A stretch of 64,000 nucleotides of DNA from Naegleria gruberi. Its lineage: Eukaryota. Shown here piece by piece: positions 43,901 through 54,863 of the stretch. The first letter of the stretch is position 1. Each line of letters starts with the position of its first letter. Both the position numbers and the translations under genes were made by a program. The notes beneath the pieces were generated by a model. It was not told the origin of the DNA and did no database searches. It saw only the letters and a list, made by a program, of their open reading frames with translations. The DNA is taken from the NCBI GenBank assembly GCA_000004985.1, contig GG738902.1; one strand, given 5' to 3'.

Positions 43901-46900
43901 TGGTTCATACAAGTTACCAAGGCATCAAATGTTCTCACCTGAAGGTCTGATCTAATCTTCTCATGAGTAGCTATATCCTTGACGAATTGGTCACTATCGG
44001 AATAGTTCAGAATTTCTAGAAGAATATCAAATATCAAGTACATGTATGGCATACACAAGCTGAAATCTATCAATACAATCTTGTTGTATAAGTGATAAAC
44101 AATATATTCTAGAATGGCTGATTTTTGAAGAGATGTACTCTTTGTAAATGCATTATAAGCAGCAAATAATAATTGCAATCTTTCATCGGGTGGTTGAATA
44201 GTAGAGACAAGATTTGCATCAATTTTGAGTTTGGCTTTTTCAGTAAGTTTGTTAGACATCAAGTCCTTCTCACTGGCTGACAAGTAACCAGGATTTAGTT
44301 TTGAATAAATCATCAATGTCTCATTAGTAACACTTTGTCTAATTGCCATATAATTCACAAGTAAATCACCAAATATTGTCTTATCTGCTTCATAGACAGA
44401 ATTCTTTGCTGCCAATGGTAAGAAGGCATAACCAAGAATGTTTCTATTAGAAGAACCGAAATGAGCATTTCTAATATCTAGGGAGTCCATATATTTTTGA
44501 ACTTTACCTTTAGAATCCTCAACATCAATACTGTAGAATGTAAATAACAAGTGATGGCCTGCAGTAATGTTTTCAGAGGTGAGTCCCAACAAGTCAACCT
44601 TAATTTCATCAACAAAGTGTACATTTTTCTTTGTATTGTTGGCGAGACTGGAGAATTGATATCTTTGTAGTTTGTTATTGTATTTTCCAATCAATCGTTT
44701 CAACATTTTGCTCTCAGTATTGGTAGTAGAGATAAAATCTTCTGGAGATGGCTTAGAGAGATCATTTTCTCTTACAGCCACTTCAATTAGTAAATGTTTA
44801 CATGATTTAACTCCTCCCAACCGAGCAAACTTTAAATGAATGTACATCATGTTCTTATAGACCATATTTGGATATCTTGATTTTGTCCAAGGAATTTCTT
44901 CAATAATATCTTCATTCATTTCCTCTTCTAGCATTAAATTGGATTTGTTTCTTCTCTTTTGTGATTCTGTACTTCTACGGTGAGGTGAATCTGGACGGAA
45001 TGGGTCTGTCCTCTCTTCATCCCAGAAATCCAATGAGAATGTATCATCCTCAATGTAACTAGATTGTTTAGTGAGAGTTGAACGAGAGAATGAACTCTTC
45101 CAATCCTTTTCCAATCTCGACTCGATAGTAACTTTACCTTTGATATGGTAAGCTTGAAGTCCGTTGTGTGAACTCTGAGGATCCAAATGTTTCAATAGAG
45201 TGATAATGTTAAATGTTTCAATATTGGCATCCACAATGATTGGATAAAACCTTTCCAAAACAATCTTATTAAAATTCAAATCAATCTTGGTGTCATCAAT
45301 ATTTTCCGAGAAGAAGGATGAGCTCATTGAGTTTGAGGCTGTATTGCTGAAACTATTATTTAAACTTGTACCTTTCTTTTGTGCGAAAAGTTTACAAAAT
45401 CCTAGCAAGAAGGACTGTTCAAAGTGAGCTAAAGTTTTCCTTCTCTCATCATTAGTATTATTCTTCCTGTCCTTTGAAGAACCTCCAAGTTCTTCTGCGG
45501 CCTCTTGTACTGTACTATGGGGAGCAATTCGTCTCACAACAAGAACACAATAAACTTGATCATGTGGATAACTAACATGGAAAGTTTTTTCTTGCACAAT
45601 TGTTGGAGGCATTCTCAAATGTTCTTGTGCAGATGGAGGAAGAGTTGAAAGTTGAGCCTCCGTGAGGAAATTAAAATACCAGTCCTCACTAATCTTCCTC
45701 TCAGTCTTGCAATCATACAACGAAAGGGAGAATGTGAATAATTCTCTCGAATCAACCATCAATGAAAAATCAGACACAGACAGAGTAATAGTAATCTTGC
45801 TCTTGACAGGAAACTCGAGAGATGGCAATGTCCTATGGCACAGAATTAAATCCAAAGGTTTGTACTCATAGTATGGTTTGAGAAGCATCATTAACCTCTC
45901 TTCCAGAATTTCATTCTTGATATTCATGTCAGCAGCTGTTGGAGCACTACTCAAGATTGCATTTCCAAATTTGGCAGACAATCTTCTATTTCCGTTAACT
46001 GAATATGTGAGCTCGTTGATAAATGTAACCATTTCATCATTTAAATTTTCCTTGGTAAGATCCTCCAATTTTCTTTCCTCTGTATTAATATCAATTTCGG
46101 CATAGATATCAGCCGTCTTGATATCATTAATCGATTGAGAAATGCTGACATTAGCAGAAGAAGAATTGCCTTCTCTAGGTGAAGTTTTTGGAGTATTGGA
46201 ATCATCCTGTTGTTGTTTGTTCCAAAATCCTGAAAATCTCATTGAAAGAGTCTTTTGTCTTCTCTCTTGTTTGTCAACTTTTCCAACATCCAATTTTAGA
46301 CTACTCTTATTATTATCATTACTTTCACTCATTAAATCACTTTCACTCTTCTTCTTTTTCAAAGATGACAATGCACCCTTGATTGCCTTTCCAATAGATC
46401 CTTGTCTAGTGAGTCCCTTTCCACTTCCGTTTGCATTTTCCATATAACTGTGAGGTAGTGGACTAGAATCTCCAAATATTGCCTCTTGACTTCTTTCATC
46501 TTCCAATTCTCGAATGGCTGATAAATGTTTCAAGAAGGAATCACCTCTACCTCGTTTAATTGATTGAGATGACAAGGCAATACTAGATAAAGTCTGAGAG
46601 GGAGGAGAAGAAGGTTGTTGTCTGGAAGAAGTGATTGAAAGAGGAGCAACTTGTTGTTCATCATAACCTAGAGGATTCTTACTCCTGAATGGAGGTAATA
46701 TTTGTTTATATTGACAGTCTTCATTCAAATCCCAAACGTATTCAAAATAGCAAGCTCTCGACAGGGCACTATTATGAAATGCATTAGATGTTGGAGAAGT
46801 TGGTGGTATATTTAAACCATTATTTGCTGCAATTGTTGCTGATTGATCAAGAGCAGAGAGTGCTGTTTCCGAATTTGAAGTTCTAATAAGTTGTGAAAGC

Positions 46901-47808
46901 ATTGAATTGTTAGTATTGCTATTATTGCTGTTAGAAGAACGTTTTGGAGTTTGATTGAGAGATGAACTTGTAGAGGAAGGAGGTGTTGGTGAAAAGGAAG
47001 AAAACGAAGGACTCTTCTTGTATGATGATTGTTGAGTTTGTTGCTGAATGGTATTAAGTGATAATGGCCACACATACATCTTTTCAAAGTGTTTCATCAT
47101 TCCGTGTGGAACAGCATGATGTAATCGATACAATATCGAATCATCACTCAGTGGAGCCGATTGTCCCATCATTAATTGTGGAGAGAATACATTAAATTCC
47201 TCATCATTCTCCATCATCACTCCCATAGAATTTAAATTATTATCCTCATCTTCCGTTAGAATGGTCGTACTCGTATTGCTATTATTTGTTTGACTCGATC
47301 GAGTTGCCGAGTTATTGTTGTTATTGTTTTGTTCTTGGGCAGATAAATTATTTGTTGCCGCCACATAAAATTGATTTGCCGTAAATAACGAAGCAGAGGG
47401 AATGATCAAATTGGAGGGAAAATCAAAACTTGTTTGTGGTTTGTGTACTGAAGAGTTTGTTGTTGTTGATGATGAAGATATTGTATTATTGTTAGAATTG
47501 GTGGTCCAAAATTGATGATATAAATTATTAGAGGGGAAGACTTTAGGAGTAACCGATGCTGTTGTTGCTGATGCTGATACTGTTGATGATGAAACATTAT
47601 TCATCATTATTGTATTATTATTTGGAAGGGAGAGAAGTAGACTGGGACATTTGTAGTAGAATGATGGATAGGAACCAGATGGTTTCAATCTGCTATTACA
47701 TTCGACAATGTATGGATACATTGTTTTGTATGAATTGTTATCTATTTGATGTTCATTAGGTGATGATGGTGATATAATGGGTGAACCAATTGTGATGTTT
47801 GGTTGCAT
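40942..47808 (-). CDS. Large (2288 aa) Ras guanine-nucleotide exchange factor: a C-terminal RasGEF (CDC25-homology) domain with an upstream REM-like region, and a long Asn/Ser-rich N-terminal part of unknown function.
   Basis: The C-terminal ~300 aa carry the CDC25 signatures IAHQLTLLEAKFFLKIKPYEF, NNFFGFMALLGALRSTSVYRI and CVPYLGSFQSQVLFTKEGN. The ORF is uninterrupted and starts with ATG. Confidence 0.8.
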   Translation of the reverse strand: MQPNITIGSPIISPSSPNEHQIDNNSYKTMYPYIVECNSRLKPSGSYPSFYYKCPSLLLSLPNNNTIMMNNVSSSTVSASATTASVTPKVFPSNNLYHQFWTTNSNNNTISSSSTTTNSSVHKPQTSFDFPSNLIIPSASLFTANQFYVAATNNLSAQEQNNNNNNSATRSSQTNNSNTSTTILTEDEDNNLNSMGVMMENDEEFNVFSPQLMMGQSAPLSDDSILYRLHHAVPHGMMKHFEKMYVWPLSLNTIQQQTQQSSYKKSPSFSSFSPTPPSSTSSSLNQTPKRSSNSNNSNTNNSMLSQLIRTSNSETALSALDQSATIAANNGLNIPPTSPTSNAFHNSALSRACYFEYVWDLNEDCQYKQILPPFRSKNPLGYDEQQVAPLSITSSRQQPSSPPSQTLSSIALSSQSIKRGRGDSFLKHLSAIRELEDERSQEAIFGDSSPLPHSYMENANGSGKGLTRQGSIGKAIKGALSSLKKKKSESDLMSESNDNNKSSLKLDVGKVDKQERRQKTLSMRFSGFWNKQQQDDSNTPKTSPREGNSSSANVSISQSINDIKTADIYAEIDINTEERKLEDLTKENLNDEMVTFINELTYSVNGNRRLSAKFGNAILSSAPTAADMNIKNEILEERLMMLLKPYYEYKPLDLILCHRTLPSLEFPVKSKITITLSVSDFSLMVDSRELFTFSLSLYDCKTERKISEDWYFNFLTEAQLSTLPPSAQEHLRMPPTIVQEKTFHVSYPHDQVYCVLVVRRIAPHSTVQEAAEELGGSSKDRKNNTNDERRKTLAHFEQSFLLGFCKLFAQKKGTSLNNSFSNTASNSMSSSFFSENIDDTKIDLNFNKIVLERFYPIIVDANIETFNIITLLKHLDPQSSHNGLQAYHIKGKVTIESRLEKDWKSSFSRSTLTKQSSYIEDDTFSLDFWDEERTDPFRPDSPHRRSTESQKRRNKSNLMLEEEMNEDIIEEIPWTKSRYPNMVYKNMMYIHLKFARLGGVKSCKHLLIEVAVRENDLSKPSPEDFISTTNTESKMLKRLIGKYNNKLQRYQFSSLANNTKKNVHFVDEIKVDLLGLTSENITAGHHLLFTFYSIDVEDSKGKVQKYMDSLDIRNAHFGSSNRNILGYAFLPLAAKNSVYEADKTIFGDLLVNYMAIRQSVTNETLMIYSKLNPGYLSASEKDLMSNKLTEKAKLKIDANLVSTIQPPDERLQLLFAAYNAFTKSTSLQKSAILEYIVYHLYNKIVLIDFSLCMPYMYLIFDILLEILNYSDSDQFVKDIATHEKIRSDLQVRTFDALVTCMNHFHDLCGNSSRGNRFFSGYVKYVFNYETLHCKLLSLFILYMHSKEQKQQDDISVESESCRYSWFIFDMAIKSLLVAQSKGVKNYEEADLIQLSKSLIQLLFEGMEKLLGTNNAANNNLVVYCNRNIALFIRDLIPFLGYSESAGVFDFYCKKVNRCTSKDTASRLLSESLAIITDYHSIWDLDTAGKENAFVSKLITFFLESIEAGNEKIIFKTAKYFLDLFIKIDYDERYQSREQRERVIGILFNSLVDNFFTKGEELLLKLKQFNEINIILSTIMLWTMRNCNRDTLIEWWKKKTLYFANDLNDISIIFYVLKFFKNVVLSFRGISKERSEQQSKKLDFVSKSYQIVVYLIFNLFIGKEGGMTKHLISVLENVSDSAADDDTVEALLYKLIQLIRHTVIHSLLRHDGNTCFIMVKSVMTELITNFAERISVHEISNSRDLSMKFLKKENKFRLLIALLMFMEKSHSLLVFCPDANDLDYDTDVFRAHCANCSDILLSEYLSRIEASSISNINEAEPEDYIVDLESKSLKAATLEASINKILGFNPENDIENTENFSQMFYLTYNLFSSPEHIIDILISKYKHLNQQSKMDSSKKDNLFIAKINLERTAARLIKDGFYAFNNLSIAKSINFMREIEHMSDSSSSSIAKIQNALLLNVLSIQASSGSRCNITSPGQDGDQSTDKTLILPKGLTLQMVSTPQIPMSKWNHDRELYFTTQRITNPFKITFDIVAWPSNEIAHQLTLLEAKFFLKIKPYEFYYIESKDKEIREKYSSNILFMQEHFKLVQHWANEMVLVQTNDRDRKKVFTKVLCSAQSCYQQNNFFGFMALLGALRSTSVYRIKELYEDNKEVHKLYQELEDCQKKVINSKEIAAMYDSLSEKQLPCVPYLGSFQSQVLFTKEGNKPLLDHPKSPNKKVINYKMMRILLKTLERVASLQQLCLNYDFQELAYLQFVFTEELPRLIHHSDEDLWEISTKIKPSNRQLAD

Positions 47809-48096
47809 CTCTGGTGTTGGAAAGGAAGTGGTGTTTGCCTTTTTGTTTTGTGGTGAGGAAACTCAAAGCAACAAACCTGTCAAATGTCTGTGAAATTATG
47901 AAATGGCTTTTTGTTCTTTTCATGATGAAGAGAATCATACACTCTAATAAGAAACTTCTCTGTCTTGCGCTGAATGTAACCGTTATGAAATTGAAAAGAT
48001 AATGAAATTTAATAAATATAATAATTAAAAAAAATAGCGCGAATACATTGGTGCATGTTCTTTCGTTTATTTTTATTAGAAACTGATGTGAATTAT

Positions 48097-49782
48097 TTAT
48101 TGTCTTGTTTCAAAGTCAATGAGGTATGGTTCAAAGACTGTTCTAGTAACAATATAAGTTTCTGGAACGGCATCTTGTGCTTCTTCCAGACCTTTAGGTA
48201 CCTTTAGTCTATAATTCTTCAACAAAAAGACAAGAATTAACTTCATCTCCAACAAGGCCATTCTCTTACCAATGCAATCTCTTGGTCCAATCGAGAATGG
48301 AAGAATACCATCACTTCCGAAATCAATATTCAACTCTCCCATAGGTCCTTTTCCATATGTTTCTCCAGTTTCATTCTCACCAACTTCATCAGAAGTAGCA
48401 GCTGCAGTACTTGTACTCTTCTTATCCATGAATCTGTATGGATCAAAGTCATCGTGTCCTTCCTTTGCATAATAATGTTGTGAAAAGTAAGAGATGGTTA
48501 CAGAGGTTCCTTGAGGATAATGAACTCCATTGATGAAATCTCCCTTCTTACTATTGATAACTCTGGCACCACCACCGACTGGTGTCTTGGTTCTGAGTAC
48601 TTCCTTGATGAATGAAGTGAGGAGAGGCAACTTGTTGGTAATGAGTTCAAAGGAAATATCATCAGCATGTTTAATTTCTTGGTCAATTTCTCTGACAACT
48701 TCATCTTGGAATTGTTGATTCTTGGCAAGCATTCTTAACATGAAATTGAGAGAGGCAGAACTTGTCTCGAATCCAGCAAAGAATACTATAAAAATTGCAG
48801 ATAACAATTCATCTCTTGACAATTTTTCATCTTCACTACTGGCAGCTGCTGATGATTTCAATAACAAGGTAAGTAAATCTTCATCATCCTTTTGAATGAA
48901 TTCATTAGAATCCATTTCCTTTTGTTTCTTATCAATCATAGTCAAGGTAGCTACTTTGAATCTTTCCTTGGCATCTCTAAATCTCTTGAAAATTCCAAAT
49001 GGAGCATATTCAAACAGAAACTTTGGCATTACAAAGGTATAGATTAAACCAGTCAACAAGTCAGTAACCCAATCGTGCAATTCATCTCTATACTTGGCTC
49101 CATTATCAAAAATTCCAACATCATAATCAAAGGCAACTCTGTTAATAACATTCAAAGTGATGGATTTAAATTCATTGGTAACATTGACCTTTCTAATAGA
49201 TCCATCTGTTTCACTTCCATAAATTGACTTCCAAAAGTTTAACATTTTCTTAGTTTCTTCCAAAGTAACTCTAAATACATTCTTCAAGTGAGAACTGCTA
49301 CTAAAGATTGGATTAGCCATAGTTCTATGCTTTTTCCAAAGTGGATTTGAAGAATCTGCAGAGAACATGTTTGGTCCAAATAGACCAACTGGTGCCAAAC
49401 TTTCTCCTTTGGAAATTGTCTTGTACTTTTTCACAAGAATTTCCTTGATTAAAGCTTGATCTCTGGCAACAAGAATTTGACAACTGCCACCCATTTGAAC
49501 CTTAACCACTTTGGCATTTGGATTCTTCTTGAATGCTTCCAAAGTACATTCATATTGATTGTGTACGTAAATTCTCTTCTTTACAAGTGCATCTAACACA
49601 GCTGGTAAAAAGCTGACATAACCTGGAGTATCCTTGAATTTAATATAGGTTTTCAAGAAGGAAATGGTATGAAGAATTAGCAAGAGGGCAAATAATCCCA
49701 CAATTACCATCAAGAGATTCCAGATTGATAATTGGAACCATCCCGATGATAGTGATGATACCACTGTTGATGTTGTTTCCAT
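48097..49782 (-). CDS. Cytochrome P450 with an N-terminal membrane anchor and an acidic/Thr-rich insertion before the haem loop.
   Basis: FSIGPRDCIGKRMALLEM (FxxGxRxCxG haem-binding loop), EVLRTKTP (ExxR), AGFETSSASL (I-helix A/G-G-x-E-T-S) and a hydrophobic N-terminus. Confidence 0.85.
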   Translation of the reverse strand: METTSTVVSSLSSGWFQLSIWNLLMVIVGLFALLLILHTISFLKTYIKFKDTPGYVSFLPAVLDALVKKRIYVHNQYECTLEAFKKNPNAKVVKVQMGGSCQILVARDQALIKEILVKKYKTISKGESLAPVGLFGPNMFSADSSNPLWKKHRTMANPIFSSSSHLKNVFRVTLEETKKMLNFWKSIYGSETDGSIRKVNVTNEFKSITLNVINRVAFDYDVGIFDNGAKYRDELHDWVTDLLTGLIYTFVMPKFLFEYAPFGIFKRFRDAKERFKVATLTMIDKKQKEMDSNEFIQKDDEDLLTLLLKSSAAASSEDEKLSRDELLSAIFIVFFAGFETSSASLNFMLRMLAKNQQFQDEVVREIDQEIKHADDISFELITNKLPLLTSFIKEVLRTKTPVGGGARVINSKKGDFINGVHYPQGTSVTISYFSQHYYAKEGHDDFDPYRFMDKKSTSTAAATSDEVGENETGETYGKGPMGELNIDFGSDGILPFSIGPRDCIGKRMALLEMKLILVFLLKNYRLKVPKGLEEAQDAVPETYIVTRTVFEPYLIDFETRQ

Positions 49783-51615
49783 TGTTAATTCTCTCTATTG
49801 ATTCTTTGAGAGAGATTTGTTGTTTTTTTGTGTTGAATTTTAATACTTGATATTGTCCCGACAACTTGAAGATAATAGAAATGCAACAACGTAGTAGCAA
49901 GAGGAATTGCGCATGGCTGCCAAAAAGTTGTAGAGGAGAACAAATGTGGAAGAATGAGCGAATTAGGAACGTTGAACGAATTGATCCTATTGGTTGTTTC
50001 TGTTTCGAGCTGGCGGAATAGGAGTAGGGCTATTGATTTCCTAAAAGAATACATTATCCAAAATTCAATAGCATGATCTGTTGTATTACAGTGCTATTAC
50101 AATGTTTTAATTTGTAAAGAACAGAAATAATATATTGCACTTATTAACGTATGCTGGAAAGTTTTAATTTATGACAATCAATTTTGGGAACCTTCACACA
50201 ATTAAAATAGATTTGGATACCAGTCAACTAGTAACCTATGATAGTCAGGTGTATAAACCTTCATTGATCTGAATGAAGATTGAGTATGAAAAATTGATTC
50301 AATACCGAGAGAAGGAACACTGACTCATTCTTTCAAAGAGAAAGATCCTCTAATAGTAGGCATGTAAGAAGCAACGTTCTTAATTCTCATTCTACCAATT
50401 TGGCTAAAAATTTATCAAGCTTAGTTGTGAGTGTTCGAGTTGATCATTTGGATAGTCAAGATAATCATGACTTCAGTCACAATTGATACTAAGTATCAAA
50501 AAGGAACGCGAACCCAAGAAATGCAACTCGGATACTGGTATCAAAAAAGAATTATGGAAAATTGGATATTTGAAATTTCTGTAAAGCAATGGTTAAAAGT
50601 TGAGAATTTGAGGAAAGGTGCTTAAATGTAATAAAATTCAATAGTCCTAAAATGAAAAAAAATGTTAATCCTGTTCCAATTTCAATACGATGGTTATCAA
50701 ATGTTGTGCAACACTGAATTTAACACCAGTAGCATCATAAAATATTGGATTTGAAATTATGTTAACATGTACTTGAGTTGGTTAATTATCGGTTAGTAGT
50801 TCAAGCTCAACTTTAGAGAAGCAATTGAATTGGTAAACAAGGCACATTTAGGACAATGTTGCAACAAGACGCATAATAACTTCTTGACTCTTGTCCGCTA
50901 AAAAATGGCTCTAAACACTCCTTCACCCTATACTTTGTGTTGAAAGTTCCTCACTGGAATATCAAGGCCTTTGCGGAAACGTTGAACAACTTCCATCCCG
51001 TTCCACGAGGAATTTTAACCACCAAATTGTTTAGATTTTGCACACCTGAAACAATTTGTAGATTGAACGGAACTGCAGAATGCTATTGATTGCTTTTCAA
51101 TTTTGGAAAGGATCTGAAGCTCGTTTGAGCTTTTTCTCCAAGCAGGTATGAAAATTTTTACGGTGGAGATTGATTACCATCTCTACCATTATAGAGCTCG
51201 GTTCCTCTGCTCCCATAGGAAACAATCCAATATCATTGAATCCTCGTGTGGCAGTCTCATCTCAATCAAATCACCAACATGCTGAACAACAAGACTACCT
51301 CACAGCAAATTAGCGGTATGATTTGGTATGGCTCGGACCCCAGTATCGCATACTGAGGTCGACTTTGTATCGCTTGGCATTTTTCTTGCAAGCCATGATT
51401 CAGCTGGCAACACAAAACGGGTGAACTGCATACTATTATTTGTTGTGTATCAAGGACAAGCTTGGAGAACGATACTTCGTCCCCCACTTCTATTTCTGAA
51501 ATCGTGTGAGAAATTGGACGCACTTTTTCTAATTCACCGATAATTAAACTGTATCAAGTCCGCCAAGGATTTTTCAATATCCAATTAGAGACAGTTTACA
51601 ATCTCACAAAAAAAA

Positions 51616-53314
51616 ATGTCCAACAATAATACTGCAGTGCCTCCCTCATCACCGGTAGTTGAGGATGGTGACGACGAATTGAACTTATCTTCCATTTCCT
51701 GTGAATCGTGCAGACGCGCTCACAAACGTTGTGATCGTCTCCTTCCATCGTGTTCTAAATGTCTCTCTAAGAAAATTGAGTGTAATGTAAGAATATTACA
51801 AAAATGATTCAAATATTTAATGCCGATAATTATATATTGACACAATAGTATGTGGAACCTAAAAAAAGAGGAAAGGCCTCCGAAGCATATAAAAAGAATA
51901 AGAAACTAAAACAAGAAAAACCACAAGAGGTTGGACAAATTGTTGATTATTACTTTACATTTGTTAGTGCTGGACATCCAGTGATTTCCAAAGCCATATT
52001 GGAATATTTTATTGTGGAATACTTGTCACAGTTGGAGAATGGAGAGAATGTTGAGTTTAGCCCCAATGAATTTATTCACACACGAGAGGAATTGAATTAT
52101 TTACATTTATTTTTCTTATCTATCAAGTCAATTTATTATCAATTTACTTTTGAACAGCAATCAGCCAGTGAAGTGATGAAATTGTGTGAAAAACGGTTGG
52201 GAAAGTATTTGACACAATCATTTCATTTCTATATTTATGGAACATGTCAATTGATTGCTATTTATTATAGTGGAGTTGGAGATTTTGCAAAGGTTACTTT
52301 TTATGATGCTTTGGTGAATTTCTATATCCATCATTATGTTAAAAACACAGCAGATCAGTTTGAAAAGAACTTGGAAAGAAGAGCAGCTTTTTTTTGCCAA
52401 TACACAGGTGAATTGGAAACTGACGCCGTTTCATCATTTATTGAACGAGTACCTAAAATATTTGAGGTTTCAGTTGATCAAAAGTTGGAAAATTTACTAG
52501 TTCCAGGAGCCTTGGAGTATTTGAGGGTTGCTCCTGTCACCCTTCAAAACTATGAATTTTTCAAGCAGGTACTAGATTTTGTTTTCAAAGTGGTTGAACA
52601 ATTTAGAACGGAATTATGTAAAAAGATGCCAGATTGTATTTCAGATAGGTATATCAAGTATTCTGAGATGTGTAGAAACTTGATCTACTTTGGTTTTCAA
52701 ATGAGGTATTTGGTAAAGTTACCAAGTTTATCGAATGATTTAGAAGAGGTAGCTCTCAAGATTTCATGCCTTACAGAATCCGAATACTTCAAGTAAGTTT
52801 TTATTGGTTTGGAGATTTTCTAAACGAGAGAAATAGATGCTGCTCTGCTGAAATGATTGGAAGTGTGAGAAGTGCTGCAGAACTACATTTGGATATTTGC
52901 AAACAAATAGAAAATGGAATAAGGGAAAACAATTCACCACTTGTGACATCAACAGGAAAAGTGTTGAATATTGACTATTTCTCAATATTGGAAATGGATT
53001 TGAAAGCATTGACGTGTTTGGAAAGGAAATTCAAAAGAGTTTCAACTACCTGTGGAGAAATGATCAAGCAAATTAATATTACATTACAGAACCATTATTC
53101 CAAACAGGCCAATGTACTATCGTCCACTGCCCAAGCACTTAGTTTACCTGCTCTTGTTGTCTCTCATCGAAATACCACTCCACAACTCAACGCCATTACT
53201 GAAGGTGATGATAAATGGATATCCTTGTTGAAATATCTTGAAGCCATCAAGCAAAGAATTGGAAATCAAACAGATGAGGACACCTTTTTAGATTTTGAAC
53301 AACTCCTCAGGTAA
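51616..53314 (+). CDS. Zn(II)2Cys6 zinc-cluster transcription factor, paralog C. Three exons: 51616..51789, 51849..52795 and 52855..53314.
   Basis: The Zn cluster CESCRRAHKRCDRLLPSCSKCLSKKIECN is intact in exon 1, followed by a GTAAGA intron and then a basic region (YVEPKKRGKASEAYKKNKK). A second GTAAGT intron is in phase 2 (ttcaa|gtaagt ... aatag|a). The C-terminal region (LDICKQIENG..NIDYFSILEMD..KRVSTTCG) is paralogous to genes A and B. Confidence 0.65.
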
Positions 53315-53535
53315 AATAAAACAAAATTTGACCAACAGTTGCAACTTCAATTCATTCACAAACAAATCTTCTTAATAATTATGATCCTATGCTAAGCTAA
53401 TATCCTGACCATGACACTGTAAACAGTTTTACAGATTTTTAGAATGAGTACTTCCCTGTCACATAATAGTTGGTCAATTAGTACCTCCTTAATTCAAAAT
53501 TGTGTATATGGCTCATCTGAGTTTGAATGGAAATA

Positions 53536-54756
53536 TTAGATGTGATTAAATAAAATCTCTACATCAGATAATCTTTGTTCTCTACATTTCCAAAATAACC
53601 TCTCCTGCATTTCTCTTTCAAATTGTTCTGGTTTTCTATTGCCATTCAAGAGACAAGGAGAAATGAATGTGTTTTTCGAATTATGATCTAATATTCTCTC
53701 CAATACACTATTCACTTCTTCCATTTCTGTAGTATTCACAATATGAAAGGAATGAATCTTGTTAAATTCCATCTCATTTTCGAAATCCAAATAATGAGAA
53801 ACTATGGAATTAACAACCTTCTTCAGCTCATGCTTATTAATAATGTCTTTAAATTCAGGTCTCATTTTGAAATTTCCCAAATTAATTGAATGTCCTTTTT
53901 GTAATTTCTTAATTAGAATATCTGGTTTTGTAAAGATTACAATTTTCCTTGCTCTTCTTAAAAAATTCGAATTTATCAATTCTCCTAGCAACATTTTCGA
54001 TTCTTGCATCCTCAAAGTTCGTGCGTCCTCAACTGTATATTGATCTAGCTCCGCAAGTGATACCAATAAAATGGCAAGTGATTGACCATTGAAACAATTA
54101 ATCCATTTCTTTCTTTGACTTCTAGATCCTCCCACATTCTTAACAAGAATGTTATTGTATTTGAAATCTCGTACTCCCATTGAACTTGTATAGGATAAAG
54201 CCATAGGAAAGAATTCACTTTTTGATTTAATTCTGGAAATTAATTCTTCTAAATTTTCCAAAATTAGTAAGTTCATTACAATGTTAGGATCTTTGATATT
54301 TTCGGAAATGTTAGGACTGATTGCATTCCATTTAGTTTCGAATGATTCTCTAAAAAATGGAATATTCCAAATATACATCAACAATCCACAATAATCAAAT
54401 TCTGAAATTTGTGAATCATCAATATTTGATTTATCATTCAAATTCTCCAAACATGGTCCGAAACTCTTTGGAATCATGTCGATTATTCTATTCCTTTCAC
54501 TTTCTTCCAAAATAGTCCACAATCTTTTAATCATCAGGGAGCAAACTATTTGTAAATCATGATTAAACTCATCTCGATTCGAATAGTTTCGATTCTTCCT
54601 CAAAATACGTTCAATCATATAATAAAACGTTGAAGTTCCACTATCAGCTGTTCCCAAAATAATCCATTCATCTTCAGTTGATAATAACTGCTCTTGGTGA
54701 ATTGTTATTGTTGACTTTCCGATATCTGGTTTAGTACGTGATGACTTCGAGCCCAT
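53536..54756 (-). CDS. Heterotrimeric G-protein alpha-subunit-like protein with degenerate nucleotide-binding and catalytic motifs (candidate pseudo-GTPase). The N-terminus is MGSKSS (N-myristoylation consensus).
   Basis: Collinear with G-alpha by eye. G1 is ILGTADSGTST where the consensus is GAGESGKST (Lys to Thr). G3 is NVGGSRSQRKKWINCF where the consensus is DVGGQRSERKKWIHCF (Asp to Asn; the catalytic Gln to Ser). G4 is FTKPD where the consensus is NKxD. G5 is IVNTTE where the consensus is TCATDT. Confidence 0.65.
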   Translation of the reverse strand: MGSKSSRTKPDIGKSTITIHQEQLLSTEDEWIILGTADSGTSTFYYMIERILRKNRNYSNRDEFNHDLQIVCSLMIKRLWTILEESERNRIIDMIPKSFGPCLENLNDKSNIDDSQISEFDYCGLLMYIWNIPFFRESFETKWNAISPNISENIKDPNIVMNLLILENLEELISRIKSKSEFFPMALSYTSSMGVRDFKYNNILVKNVGGSRSQRKKWINCFNGQSLAILLVSLAELDQYTVEDARTLRMQESKMLLGELINSNFLRRARKIVIFTKPDILIKKLQKGHSINLGNFKMRPEFKDIINKHELKKVVNSIVSHYLDFENEMEFNKIHSFHIVNTTEMEEVNSVLERILDHNSKNTFISPCLLNGNRKPEQFEREMQERLFWKCREQRLSDVEILFNHI

Positions 54757-54863
54757 TTTTTTAAAGTTATTTGATGGTTACAGTGCGTTCTAGTTCACAT
54801 ACTAGCTAATTTTCACATTTTTACAACAATAAAAAACATTGTCGATCATTTTAATAAAAAAAA

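Noticed and set aside
41412-47597. Several 60-100-aa ORFs on either strand inside the RasGEF gene.
   Set aside because: They are nested in or antisense to an uninterrupted 2288-aa ORF with a clear CDC25 domain.
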